Origin: Vulcanimicrobiota bacterium
Lineage (GTDB): Bacteria > Vulcanimicrobiota > Vulcanimicrobiia > Vulcanimicrobiales > Vulcanimicrobiaceae
Assembly (NCBI GenBank): GCA_963777315.1
Contig: CAVZQC010000002.1
Location: forward strand, 736,001 to 800,000
Length of the DNA stretch: 64,000 nucleotides
Direction: 5' to 3'
In this document: one piece after another, positions 19,575 through 29,337 of the stretch
How positions within the stretch are numbered: the first letter of the stretch is position 1
Layout of the letters: the number at the start of each line of letters is the position of its first letter
Position numbers and translations under genes: made by a program
Notes under the pieces: model-generated
The model's database searches: none
Seen by the model: the letters and a program-made list of their open reading frames with translations, nothing else
Told to the model about the DNA's origin: nothing

Positions 19575-20359
19575 TTGGTGCAAACCGGTCGGGGCGGTGA
19601 GAGCAAGTATCGCTTGCCCTTCATCATCGCTAAGCCGACGCCGTGCAACACCCAATGCTGGCGAACGCAGCCGGTTGCTCCCGACGCTGCATCATTGCGC
19701 GAGCCGCGCCCTCCTCCGCTTTAGTTTGGCCTAGACCTCTAACCAAGTGGACGTGCTACTATCTCTACGCCATTGTATCTACGGCCGCTACGCCGTCGGG
19801 TGGATGGTCGCCAATCGCGAAAGTTCCGAGCTAGCACGCATCCTGCTCGGAGAAAGATTCGCAAGCAAGGTGCCGATCCCAACAAAATCATTGCGCACGC
19901 TCACCGAGCGAGTTCCCTCACAATAAATTCCATCGCTCGTCGCCCTCACTGCTCTCGCCTGCGATCGGCCAGCAAGAGCGCGCGCTTTTCCCGAAGGCGG
20001 CAGATATGCGTTCTGATTTTGTGAAGCGCCGTCGCAATCGCTGCAGATCCTTTCGAAGGCGAGCCGATTTTGCCGACTCAAGATTCGCGGGACCACCACG
20101 CTTTTCCGAGCTTCGCCTTGCGCCAGCTGCTTGCGTCAATTCGAAAGCAACGAGCTGTACACGCCCTCACGGCGCGCCAGCGCCGCCCGCTCGAGCGCCG
20201 ATTCGGCTACTTCGTATGCCGCGAGTATCCGCGCCTTTGTTATCGGCGGTAAACGTGCGATGCTTTGTACTCGATCTCACTCCAGGGTTGGTTAACATGA
20301 ACGAGAGCCGTACTCGCGCTGATGAGTTGTTGGGGCTGGCTGTCATCCGCATAGAGACG
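19575..20359 (-). mobile_element. Degenerate, rearranged IS3-family element, right copy
   Basis: Minus-strand OrfA from ATG 20298: MLTNPGVRSSTKHRTFTAD..KARILAAYE..ARREGVYSSLLSN*RKQL; 20122-20168 matches 14770-14816 at 39/47 nt; IR-like end at about 20335-20359; OrfB N-terminus-like LSDDEGQAILA..DRFA at about 19575-19650. Confidence 0.78.
19742..19940 (+). pseudogene. IS3-family OrfB integrase-core (rve) fragment, opposite strand to OrfA
   Basis: With frameshifts: KWTCYYLYAI..IYGRYAVGWMVANRESSELARILLGE..IRKQG..IIAHAHRASS, matching the KWTYFYLYVILDIFSRYVVGW..RES..HADRGSS pattern. Confidence 0.75.
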
Positions 20360-20429
20360 GAAGCACTGGTTCCACTTCCCAGTAAAGTCGCTGCTGCAAG
20401 AGATATCAGGCCGCGGCGCTTCGGCTAAA

Positions 20430-21008
20430 CTAACCCCGGCGGTGCTGCGTGATCCCGATCGCCAGCAGCGGCAAATCCTCTTCCGGCAGAACGCCGGTGG
20501 ATTTTCCATCGATCTTGTGAACCCCGCCGAATTCCGAAAACTCGACGTGCGCGGGCAGCGTGAGATTGGGGAGCTGCTTCATTCCGTACGTTTCCCATTC
20601 GCAGCACACGTCCCGATCCTCGAAGAGCACGGCGACGTATCCGCTGCCGCCGACGTCGGAGTCCTCGTCGGGCGAGCGGTAGCGCACGTACCCGTCCATC
20701 TGGTAGATCGGCTTATACGTTTGCAAATAGGCGATGAACGGCGCAACGAGTACCGCCACGAAATACACCGCGAAACCCAGCGCGACGGCGCCGAACATCG
20801 GCGATAATATCCATAGGTCGTGCGGCGCGGTCACGCGAGCGCGCCAGATGATGCCGTACGTCAGCAAAGCAAAAAAAATCGCGCAGATCAGCGGCTCAAC
20901 GGCGATCGACATGCGGCCCGTGAGCCCGCGCCATACGATGCGGCGTTCCCGATCGGTCCAAGCGCGGCTCGCCAGCGAGCCCCGCTGCTGGATGCTGCGC
21001 AGTTTCAT
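20430..21008 (-). CDS. Hypothetical 2-TM membrane protein
   Basis: ATGA overlap with the aidB-like stop; two hydrophobic helices followed by a soluble domain. Confidence 0.7.
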   Translation of the reverse strand: MKLRSIQQRGSLASRAWTDRERRIVWRGLTGRMSIAVEPLICAIFFALLTYGIIWRARVTAPHDLWILSPMFGAVALGFAVYFVAVLVAPFIAYLQTYKPIYQMDGYVRYRSPDEDSDVGGSGYVAVLFEDRDVCCEWETYGMKQLPNLTLPAHVEFSEFGGVHKIDGKSTGVLPEEDLPLLAIGITQHRRG

Positions 21009-22678
21009 CGTACTATATATTCCACGTTTTGCGCCTGCGGGCGCGCCCGCTCTACGATACCTGCAAGGTTTTGCGAGTCGGGCAGCGTGCCGAGCGTGCG
21101 TCCCCAACGCCCGGCCAATCGCGACTCGATGAACAGGTCGACGGCCCGATTGCCCGGATCTCGCTGCAGAAGCGCCGCCTGCCAGAGCAACGCCATGCGC
21201 TCCACGAGCGCGCGCGCCTGCGATTGAGCGCCGGTCTGATCCCGCAGCAGTTCGAACAGCGTGTTTGCCGCCGTGCGAATCCGACTATCGCTCAAGGCCG
21301 GTTCGATCTGCGCGCGATACGCGTCCAACGCCTGCGGCTCTTTTTCCAGCACGCGCAGGACGTCGAGCGCGTTGATGTTGCCGCAGCCTTCCCAGATCGA
21401 GTTGAGCGGCGCTTCGCGATACAGGCGCGGCATTCCCGAGTCTTCCACGTAGCCGTTTCCGCCCAGGCACTCGAGCGCTTCTCCTACGACGGTGGGACCC
21501 CGTTTGCAGACGTAGTACTTGCCCAGCGCCGTGCCCAACCGTTTGACGAGCGCTTCCTGCGGATCGGCATGCGCGGCGTCCACGGCCCGCGCGATGCGCA
21601 GCAGCAGCGTCATGGCCGCTTCGGACTCCAGCGCCAAATCAGCCAGGACGTTTTGCATGAGCGGCCACTCGATCAGCGTCTTTCCGAACGCACTGCGGTA
21701 TGCGGCGTGATGGATTGCCTGCGCGGTTGCCTGCCGCATGAGCGCGGCCGACCCGTTGATGCAATCCAGACGCGTGAGGTTGACCATCTCCACGATGCTG
21801 TGCACGCCTCGACCGGGCTCACCGACCAGCATGGCCCACGCGCCGTCAAGTTCGATTTCGCTCGAAGCATTGGAACGATTGCCCAGCTTGTCTTTCAGAC
21901 GCACGATCCGAATGCCGTTGCGCGAGCCGTCGGGCAGAACGCGCGGCATCAAAAAACACGTGAGACCTTCAGGCGTCTGCGCAAGCGTGAGAAACGCATC
22001 GCTCATCGGTGCCGAGCAAAACCACTTGTGACCCGTGAGGCGGTAGGCATCTCCGCTCTCCGTGTGCTCGGCAAAAACGGCGCGCATGCGATTGGCCCGC
22101 ACGTCCGAGCCGCCCTGTTTCTCCGTCATCGCCATTCCGCACAGCGCGCTGCGCTTTTGCGAAATGGGCCGCAGCTTGGGATCGTACTGCGCGGCGCACA
22201 GAAGCGGCTCCCATATCCGCGCGAGCTGCGGCTGCGCGCGCAAGGCCGGCACGCCGGCGTACGTCATCGATATCGGGCAGCCGTGCCCGGCTTCAACTTG
22301 TCCCCAAACGTAAAACTCAGCGGCGCGCACGGTGTGTGCGAGCGGATCGCCGCTGCTCCATGGCGCGCCATGCAGGCCGAATCGCGTTGCAACCGAGAGC
22401 AGCTGATGATAGTACGGATGATACTCGACGCGATCCAGCCGCCGGCCGTACCGGTCGTGCGTTTTGAGCTGCGGCGGATGTTCGTTGGCTTGACGCGCCC
22501 ACTCTTGCGCGTTCGCGCTGCCGGAAAGAGTTCCCAAATCGTCCAGCTCCGCAAAACGATTGCCGGCGCCCAATCGTTCGAGCGTTTCGACCAGCGCGCG
22601 GTCGCTGCGAAAGACGTTATAGTCCACCAGCTCGGGCGGCTGGTTGAGGACCTCGTCCTGTGGGAGCATGATGCTCAC
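21005..22678 (-). CDS. aidB: AidB-like acyl-CoA dehydrogenase family protein
   Basis: VLNQPP, GCPISMTY, GMAMTEKQGGSDVRAN, GHKWFCSAPMSD, KDKLGNRSNASSE, NSIWEG. Confidence 0.88.
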   Translation of the reverse strand: MSIMLPQDEVLNQPPELVDYNVFRSDRALVETLERLGAGNRFAELDDLGTLSGSANAQEWARQANEHPPQLKTHDRYGRRLDRVEYHPYYHQLLSVATRFGLHGAPWSSGDPLAHTVRAAEFYVWGQVEAGHGCPISMTYAGVPALRAQPQLARIWEPLLCAAQYDPKLRPISQKRSALCGMAMTEKQGGSDVRANRMRAVFAEHTESGDAYRLTGHKWFCSAPMSDAFLTLAQTPEGLTCFLMPRVLPDGSRNGIRIVRLKDKLGNRSNASSEIELDGAWAMLVGEPGRGVHSIVEMVNLTRLDCINGSAALMRQATAQAIHHAAYRSAFGKTLIEWPLMQNVLADLALESEAAMTLLLRIARAVDAAHADPQEALVKRLGTALGKYYVCKRGPTVVGEALECLGGNGYVEDSGMPRLYREAPLNSIWEGCGNINALDVLRVLEKEPQALDAYRAQIEPALSDSRIRTAANTLFELLRDQTGAQSQARALVERMALLWQAALLQRDPGNRAVDLFIESRLAGRWGRTLGTLPDSQNLAGIVERARPQAQNVEYIVR

Positions 22679-24045
22679 TCGGTTGCTGCGGGGACGATCT
22701 CCTGTCGGTGCGGACGCAGCGTGGCGGCGACGAGCAGAGCAAGCAGTGCCATTGCCGCAAAGGCCAGGTACGTCGTGCGGTATGCGGACGCGTCGGAAAG
22801 CGCGTGGCCCATGATGCCGCCGGCCAGCGAACCGCCCACGATCTGGCCCACGATCAAAAACTGGCTAAGCAGACCGATTGCGGTTGCGCGCGTTCGTTCG
22901 GTGGTTTGATTGGTCACGATGTAGCGGGTCGGAGCACCCAGCAATGCGCCGAAGCCGATGCCTGCAACGATCATTGCGAGCACCGACAGCGCCAGCGAGC
23001 CGAAACCCAGCGCGAAAATAACCAGACCGATTTCGGTCAACAGCGTTCCCACGATCAAAACGTCACGGCTGCCGATCCGATCCAAAGCACGCCCCGACGC
23101 CGGAATGACCGCTACGAATACGAATGCGCCGATTGCGGCGATGCCGCCCGCGGCTGCATACGAAAGATGCTGCGCGCCCACGAGAACCGCCGGAATGAAA
23201 AACAGAGAACCTTCCAATGCCCCGATGACGATTTCCAGCACGAACGTCTTGGCGAGCTGCGCGTTGGCAAAGAGCCTCGGCGGCACGACCGGAAATCGGC
23301 AAGCGCGTTCCCAGAGCCAAAAACCGGCCAAAACCAACACTCCGAAAACGATCGTAACGGGGTGAACGCCGCTGATGCCGTACATCAAAAACAGCAATCC
23401 AACCGAAAGCAGCAGCAGACCCGCGACGTCGAGCGGGCCGCGTTTGTGCGGCGCATTGGTGGGCACGTGCCGGATCGCCAGCAGCAAGACCGCAGCGGCA
23501 ATCGGAAAATTCGGCGCGAAGATCCAACGCCAGGAAATGAAGTGCGTGACCAATCCGCCGTAGAGCGGTCCAACTACCGCCGCCAATCCCCACGTTGCCG
23601 CAACCAGTCCTAATGCGGTGCCGCGCCGCCGGGGCGCAACGACGTCGCCGATGGCGGCAGTAGCGACCGGAAAGATGCCGCCTGCACCGAACGCTTGAAT
23701 TGCCCGCGCAAACAAAAACGTTCCATATCCGTGCGCGAGCACGGCAACGATGCTGCCCAGCGCGAAAATTGCAACGCACGCCATGTAAATAGGGCGGCGC
23801 CCATAGCGATCGGCCAGCGTGCTCATGACGGCGATGCCGACGATGTTGACGAGCAGATACAGCGTGAACACCCACGACAGATCGCCCATTGCGACTTCGA
23901 ACTGGCGGCCTAGTGCAGGCAGCGCGGGTGAGAGAACGCTCAAGTCCAGCGCGCCCAGGAAAACGCCGAGCCCGAGCGTGAGCAACAGCGGAAGCACAGA
24001 GCGGTCGAGCTTATGCCCCGCTACCGTTGCCGTTGCTTCAAGCAT
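22675..24045 (-). CDS. MFS transporter (DHA2-like, 14 TM)
   Basis: LADRYGRR, RAIQAFGAGGIFP, WRWIF. Confidence 0.9.
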   Translation of the reverse strand: MLEATATVAGHKLDRSVLPLLLTLGLGVFLGALDLSVLSPALPALGRQFEVAMGDLSWVFTLYLLVNIVGIAVMSTLADRYGRRPIYMACVAIFALGSIVAVLAHGYGTFLFARAIQAFGAGGIFPVATAAIGDVVAPRRRGTALGLVAATWGLAAVVGPLYGGLVTHFISWRWIFAPNFPIAAAVLLLAIRHVPTNAPHKRGPLDVAGLLLLSVGLLFLMYGISGVHPVTIVFGVLVLAGFWLWERACRFPVVPPRLFANAQLAKTFVLEIVIGALEGSLFFIPAVLVGAQHLSYAAAGGIAAIGAFVFVAVIPASGRALDRIGSRDVLIVGTLLTEIGLVIFALGFGSLALSVLAMIVAGIGFGALLGAPTRYIVTNQTTERTRATAIGLLSQFLIVGQIVGGSLAGGIMGHALSDASAYRTTYLAFAAMALLALLVAATLRPHRQEIVPAATE

Positions 24046-24048
24046 CCG

Positions 24049-24990
24049 CTAGAAAACGATCCGATCCAGCACCATGAACGCGCAGATCAGCGCCAAATAC
24101 AGCAGCGAAAACGTGAACAACCGGCGCGCGGCGGCCTTTCCTCGACCACGCTTGACGGCAATTGCGTTCGCGATGAAGACGGCTCCCAAAACCGCGGCGC
24201 CGGCCGCGTACAGCGGCCCCATGACGTGAAGCGGATAGTACAGCAGCAGTGAAACTACCGCCAAAATCACGCTGTAGACGAGTATCTCGAGTTTGGTACG
24301 CCGGTCGCCGTAGACGTTGGGATACATCGGTACGCGCGCTTTACCGTAATCCGTTTCCGTCATCAGCGCGAGTGCCCAAAAATGCGGCGGCGTCCACAAA
24401 AAGATCACGGCGAATAGTCCAAGCGCAGGTCCGCCCACGGAGTGTGCGACCGCCGCCCAGCCGACGAGCGGCGGAATCGCGCCTGCCGCGCCGCCGATGA
24501 CGATGTTCTGCGGCGTACGGCGCTTGAGCAGCATCGTGTAGATGACGACGTAATACACGTTCCCCGCAAGTGACAGCCAAGCCGCAAGATGGTCTACTCG
24601 CAGATAAAATATCGCAAACGACAGCACTCCCATGACGCAGGCGTGCGTGGTTGCCGCGAAAATGGAAAGCCGTCCGGCCGGAAGCGGCCGCGTTGCAGTA
24701 CGCCGCATGATGCGGTCGATGTCGACGTCGTAAATGCAGTTGAGCGCCCCGGCTGACATGGCCGCAAGGGCGCCGGCCAGCAGCGTCCATGCGACTAACT
24801 GCGCTGAAGGCAACCCGCCCTTGGCCATGACCATCGCCGCGGCCGTCGTGATCAGCAGCAAATACATAATGCGCGGCTTGCCGAGCTCGTAATAGTCGAT
24901 GGCGCGGCGCAGGAACGCTCCGGCGCGCGATTGCGCTGCGGCGGGCTCTGCGCCTACGATGGCGTCAACGCGCGTTAACGTACTGCTCAC
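24049..24990 (-). CDS. ctaB: Heme O synthase (protoheme IX farnesyltransferase)
   Basis: KPRI, DIDRIMRRTATRPL, LKRRTPQNIVIGGAAGA, WTPPHFWALA; GTG start inferred. Confidence 0.93.
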   Translation of the reverse strand: MSSTLTRVDAIVGAEPAAAQSRAGAFLRRAIDYYELGKPRIMYLLLITTAAAMVMAKGGLPSAQLVAWTLLAGALAAMSAGALNCIYDVDIDRIMRRTATRPLPAGRLSIFAATTHACVMGVLSFAIFYLRVDHLAAWLSLAGNVYYVVIYTMLLKRRTPQNIVIGGAAGAIPPLVGWAAVAHSVGGPALGLFAVIFLWTPPHFWALALMTETDYGKARVPMYPNVYGDRRTKLEILVYSVILAVVSLLLYYPLHVMGPLYAAGAAVLGAVFIANAIAVKRGRGKAAARRLFTFSLLYLALICAFMVLDRIVF

Positions 24991-25883
24991 GAATACCTGG
25001 GATTCCTTCGAGCGCCGCAAAGACCGCGGCGCAAACGAACGACAGGAAAACCAACGCGGCGTTGCCCGCATGCGCTTCGCGCAAATCGATCGGCAGCCGC
25101 AGCGCAACGTTGAGCAAGCCGAGCACGACCTGCACGAACACCAGCGCCAAACCCGCACTGGCCGCTAAGCGTACGCGGGCCGTCGCGCCCAGCGTCCACA
25201 CGAGCGCAAACGAAACAACGGCGCTCAGTAAGCATGCCGCCGCCACGAACCGGTGAAGCATCTGCACATACTGTCCGGCAGTATATACCACGACGTTGCC
25301 GGCACATCCCGGAACGTCGATGCACGCCAAGCCGGCTCCGCTCGAGCTGACGTACGCGCCCACGCACATCGTCACGAACGCAATGGCGGCTGTTCCCAAA
25401 AGCGAACCCAGAAGCCAGCCGCGCGCTCGGGCATGCAGGTCGCGCGTGGTGCGGCGCCCCGCCATGAACGCAAATATCGCCATCGTCGCCAGTGAACCCA
25501 CGAACGCCATGGCCGTACCCCAATGCCATACTACCGACATTGGGCTGTTGGAGAGATGCACGGTTGCCGCACCGAGGAAAACCTGCACTGCAAAAAGCGT
25601 CGCAACGACGGTGCCGGCCGGCGTAACGAACGCCGCGGCTTTGCGAAGCCGCCAGGCGCTTGTTAGAACGGCGAGCACAAGCAACGACAGAACGGCTGCA
25701 ATGACGCGATGCGTCCACTCCCACACCGTGCCGCCGCCCATGGACGGAATGAACTCACCGTGACAGAGCGGATAGTCCGGACACGTCATACCCGCGCCGT
25801 TGATGCGAGTCCAGCTGCCCAGCATGACCTCGCCGTACGCTACGATGACGGCAGCTGAGGCTCAGCCGCCCAAGAATAGACAA
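24965..25883 (-). CDS. ctaA: Heme A synthase (type with two Cys pairs), apparent +1 frameshift near 25856
   Basis: GMTCPDYPLC, EWTHR, VVWHW, GLACIDVPGC, QMLHR, EAH; AGGAGG plus TTG at 25883 is one base out of frame. Confidence 0.85.
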
Positions 25884-25896
25884 TCCGACAGCCTCC

Positions 25897-25912
25897 TAGA
25901 CTTTAAAGTCTA
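25897..25912. promoter_or_regulatory. Perfect 16-bp palindrome immediately upstream of the ctaA RBS
   Basis: TAGACTTTAAAGTCTA. Confidence 0.6.
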
Positions 25913-25949
25913 TCGGGATGAACGCGGGGCGGCAACGACTTTGTCGCTG

Positions 25950-26684
25950 TCAGCAGCCGGCAAGGGCGCCGTCGACGTGCGCCGCGGCGTGGCTTTCGTC
26001 CTGGACGATGTCGGGTACGCGTTTTTGAAAGTCGTCCGCTGCTGCGCGGGCGTACTCGGTTGCCGTCGGCTCGTTGGGGTCGTGCCCCATGTGCGGATGC
26101 ATAGGCGACCACGGGAGACCGTTTTTGTCGCGAACTTGAAAATCCGTGGGCATTTGCGCGAGCGGATCGTCGACCCCGAAGACCGAGTGATTTAACTTCT
26201 GGTCGGCTTCGCTCCACTGAGCCATCTCGTGAAAGTCTTCGTACGCCAAATAGCCGTTGAGATCGCGCGCGACCTTTTGCTGGCGCCACAGCGCGCCGCC
26301 CAGTTCGTCGGCGAAGGCTTTGAGATCCTTTCCTTCTTGCGCGTCCTTACTGCTCGCGGCCATCGCGCGCAGCCGCTTGACTTCGTCGTCGGCGGCACGG
26401 GATTGCTGCGTGAGCGTTTTGGCGAGATCGCCCAGCTGCGTGAATCCGTTGCGGCGGTGAATGGGGTTGCCGTCGTCCAGATTGAGCAGCCGAAGCATGG
26501 TGATCGTTTTCCCGATGACCATGTCGTTGTCGAGGGTCGAGCCGATGGCGCTGTTGGCGTGCGTGATGACCTCTGCGCAGCGCGACGATGCGCGTACGCT
26601 CGCAATCGTTTTGAGTACCGGCGTTGCGGTGGGCTGCGGCGTGGGAGCGGCCAAAACCGCCATCACCAAAATAGGCGCGAGCAT
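25950..26684 (-). CDS. Secreted helical hypothetical protein
   Basis: Signal peptide, PTPQPTATP linker, Cys near each end. Confidence 0.7.
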   Translation of the reverse strand: MLAPILVMAVLAAPTPQPTATPVLKTIASVRASSRCAEVITHANSAIGSTLDNDMVIGKTITMLRLLNLDDGNPIHRRNGFTQLGDLAKTLTQQSRAADDEVKRLRAMAASSKDAQEGKDLKAFADELGGALWRQQKVARDLNGYLAYEDFHEMAQWSEADQKLNHSVFGVDDPLAQMPTDFQVRDKNGLPWSPMHPHMGHDPNEPTATEYARAAADDFQKRVPDIVQDESHAAAHVDGALAGC

Positions 26685-26745
26685 AATTCCCTACAAGAAT
26701 GCACCCAAAGGGCGTAGCGTGACAACACCTCGAACGCCCCCGCTC

Positions 26746-27177
26746 GTGAAGCGACTCTGGCCCCTGCTTGCCTTGGCACTGCTCGCCGGATGCCGCGACG
26801 TACGCGTGCAGACACTGCGCGCCGGCACGACTCCCATCGTGGGCGGCAACGAGATCGTCGTCGTTCGCGACACCCCCTCGCTTGAACGCTTGGGGATTCG
26901 CGCTCCCGTGCGCTATCGCAACGAGTTCGGCGTGGTGCTGCTGATGGGGCCGCACGACCGCAGCGGCTACAAGCAAGTCATCGAATCGATTCGCGCCAAT
27001 CCCGACGGCGTGCGGATCGTCGCGTTCGAACAAGCGCCGGCGGACGGAGGCGAACCTTCCTCCAAATACCGCACCTTCACGTTGTGGATCGTTCCCAACG
27101 CCGTGTACCGGCGCGGGATCGAAGTGAACGTCGTGACGCCTTCCGACGCGCCCGTAGCGTCCACCACGCTACCGTAG
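26746..27177 (+). CDS. Lipoprotein (PrcB C-terminal-like)
   Basis: Lipobox LLAGC; LLMGPHDRSGY motif. Confidence 0.6.
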   Translation: MKRLWPLLALALLAGCRDVRVQTLRAGTTPIVGGNEIVVVRDTPSLERLGIRAPVRYRNEFGVVLLMGPHDRSGYKQVIESIRANPDGVRIVAFEQAPADGGEPSSKYRTFTLWIVPNAVYRRGIEVNVVTPSDAPVASTTLP

Positions 27178-27186
27178 TTCGAATCG

Positions 27187-28209
27187 GTGCAGCCCGAACT
27201 TTCGCTGGACTTGGAAACCGTCGCGCGAAACGCGCGCGCCTGGCGCGAATTTGCGGGCGTCGAACTGTATGCCGTCGTCAAAGCGCAAGGCTACGGATGG
27301 GGAACGGCGCCCCTGGTGCGAGCGCTCGAGAATATCGCCGATGCATACTGCGTTGCCGATGCGGAGGAACTGAACGAACTGCGGCGCCACACGCAAAAGC
27401 GCGCCGTCGTCTTGAGCGCGATCGAACCGGATCGGCTAGCCGAAGTTTTGCGCGCGAATGCGCAGCCTACGATCGGTTCGCCGGCGGAGCTGGAGATAGT
27501 GCGGCGCGTGCTGGCGGACATGCGCGCACCACTGCACGTGCGCGTGGGCGTGCGTCCGGCGGCAGCCTGGAGCGGAATCTCGTTGGACGAACTGCGCGAT
27601 TTCGCCCCGGCGCTCGCGGCTTGCGGCGCCCAGGTGCAGTTCTGGACGCACATCACGGACTTCGCGCGCCGCAGCGAGCAAGCTCGAACGTTTCGCGAAG
27701 CGCTGCGCTTGGCGCGCGAGGCCGGCGTGCGGCTTTCCGGAACCGACATTGCGGGCACGTTTTCGCTGGCCGCCGACGGAGCGCAGGGTAGCGCGGTGCG
27801 CGTGGGCGTCGGGCTGTTCGGCGCGACCGGCGGCTTGCCGGTCCCCGGCGTGCGCTGCGCGCTGCGGCTGCGTGCGCCGCTCGTGCGGCTGGAGCGACAT
27901 TCGCCTGGGACGCGCGTGGGATATGGGGGTACCATGCTGCGGATGGGGGAGACTATCGCCACGGCGCGCTGTGGGTATGCCGACGGTCTGCCTAAGGACC
28001 TGGCCGGTGCGGACGATATCTTATCGGTTGGTATGCAGTACGTGACCGTACGGGCCTCGCGTTTGGATGGTTCGAATTCCCGGCTGGTTTTGCTCGACGA
28101 ATCCGGCGACCTGGATGCGTTTGCAGCCGCAGGCGGCCGCACAGCCCATGAAATAGTTACGGCTTTGGGAAACTGCGCGCGCGCGAACGGCGTTTCATTA
28201 GAACCTTGA
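27187..28209 (+). CDS. Alanine-racemase-family PLP enzyme (divergent)
   Basis: AVVKAQGYG, VRVGVGLFG, VGYG, GYADG. Confidence 0.8.
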   Translation: MQPELSLDLETVARNARAWREFAGVELYAVVKAQGYGWGTAPLVRALENIADAYCVADAEELNELRRHTQKRAVVLSAIEPDRLAEVLRANAQPTIGSPAELEIVRRVLADMRAPLHVRVGVRPAAAWSGISLDELRDFAPALAACGAQVQFWTHITDFARRSEQARTFREALRLAREAGVRLSGTDIAGTFSLAADGAQGSAVRVGVGLFGATGGLPVPGVRCALRLRAPLVRLERHSPGTRVGYGGTMLRMGETIATARCGYADGLPKDLAGADDILSVGMQYVTVRASRLDGSNSRLVLLDESGDLDAFAAAGGRTAHEIVTALGNCARANGVSLEP

Positions 28210-29309
28210 TGCCCGCAGAACAATCGATTCAGATCGAGGTCGGCGTCGAGCGTTTGGGCATGGTGCTCGAGCCCACCGACGATCCCACGCAAGCCGAAGG
28301 CACGCTCAACCCCGCTTCCGCCCGTACCCGCACGGGCGAGCTGCTGTTGTACCCCCGCGACGTTTCCCGAGGCAATATCTCGCGCGTTGGTTTGGTGCGA
28401 GCCCACCCCAAAGCGGATCGCTTCGCCTTTGCGCGCGACGGCTTTGCGCTCGAGCCCGAAGCGCCGTACGAATTGCGCCCGCATCCCGGATATGGTTTGG
28501 AAGATCCGCGCGTAACGTTCATCGCCGCGATCGACCGGTATGCGATGGCGTACACCGCATTCGGCCCGCAAGGGCCCAGAATCGCCGTTGCGCTTTCGCA
28601 GGACGGGTTCCACTGGGAGCGCATCGGACTGCTGCATTTCGACAAGCCCGGCATGCATATCGGCGACGATAAAGACGCCGCATTTTTTCCCGAGCCGGTG
28701 ATCTCGCCGGGCGGCGTCAAATCGCTTGCGCTCTACCACCGTCCGATGCTTCACCTTTCGGCCGTCGACGGGCGTGCGGCAATCCCGATGATCGAGCGCA
28801 TGCCGTTTGCCGATCGCGAATCGATCCGCATGGCGTACATCCCGTTTGCGCCCGTGCTGGAAAGTACCGAGAATATGTTGAACGTGTGCGAAAGCGTGCT
28901 CGTCATGTCGCCCGATCAGCAGTGGGGCTCGCTCAAACTGGGTGCCGGTACGCCGCCGGTGCGCATCGACGAGGGATGGATGTCGCTGTATCACGCGGTC
29001 GACGTGATCGACGATTCCGTGAGCAAACCCAAGCTGCGCTACAGTGCCGGTATGATGATCCACGACTACGAGCAGCCGCACAAGATTCTGTACCGCTCCC
29101 CGCAGCCGATTCTCTGCCCGCAAGCTCAGAATGAGTTGCGCGGAATCGTCGACAACGTCGTCTTTCCGACCGCGCTGGATCCGCGCCCGGATCTTGGGGC
29201 GCGCACCTTCGACTTCTATTACGGCATGGCGGACTGGTCGATCGGCGCCGCGCGTTTGACGCTGAGCGAGGCGGGCGGCGCGCGCGAGCCGGCGGAAAGC
29301 GCTGCTTAG
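28206..29309 (+). CDS. GH130-like glycosidase/phosphorylase
   Basis: NPAS, GLEDPRV, DDKDAAFFP, YHRP, KLGAGTPP, NVVFPT, YYGMAD. Confidence 0.85.
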   Translation: MMPAEQSIQIEVGVERLGMVLEPTDDPTQAEGTLNPASARTRTGELLLYPRDVSRGNISRVGLVRAHPKADRFAFARDGFALEPEAPYELRPHPGYGLEDPRVTFIAAIDRYAMAYTAFGPQGPRIAVALSQDGFHWERIGLLHFDKPGMHIGDDKDAAFFPEPVISPGGVKSLALYHRPMLHLSAVDGRAAIPMIERMPFADRESIRMAYIPFAPVLESTENMLNVCESVLVMSPDQQWGSLKLGAGTPPVRIDEGWMSLYHAVDVIDDSVSKPKLRYSAGMMIHDYEQPHKILYRSPQPILCPQAQNELRGIVDNVVFPTALDPRPDLGARTFDFYYGMADWSIGAARLTLSEAGGAREPAESAA

Positions 29310-29337
29310 GTTCTACGTCATCGCGACGGTCATCGTC

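Noticed and set aside
19643..20428. Several short hypothetical ORFs
   Set aside because: Explained as pieces or antisense of IS3 remnants
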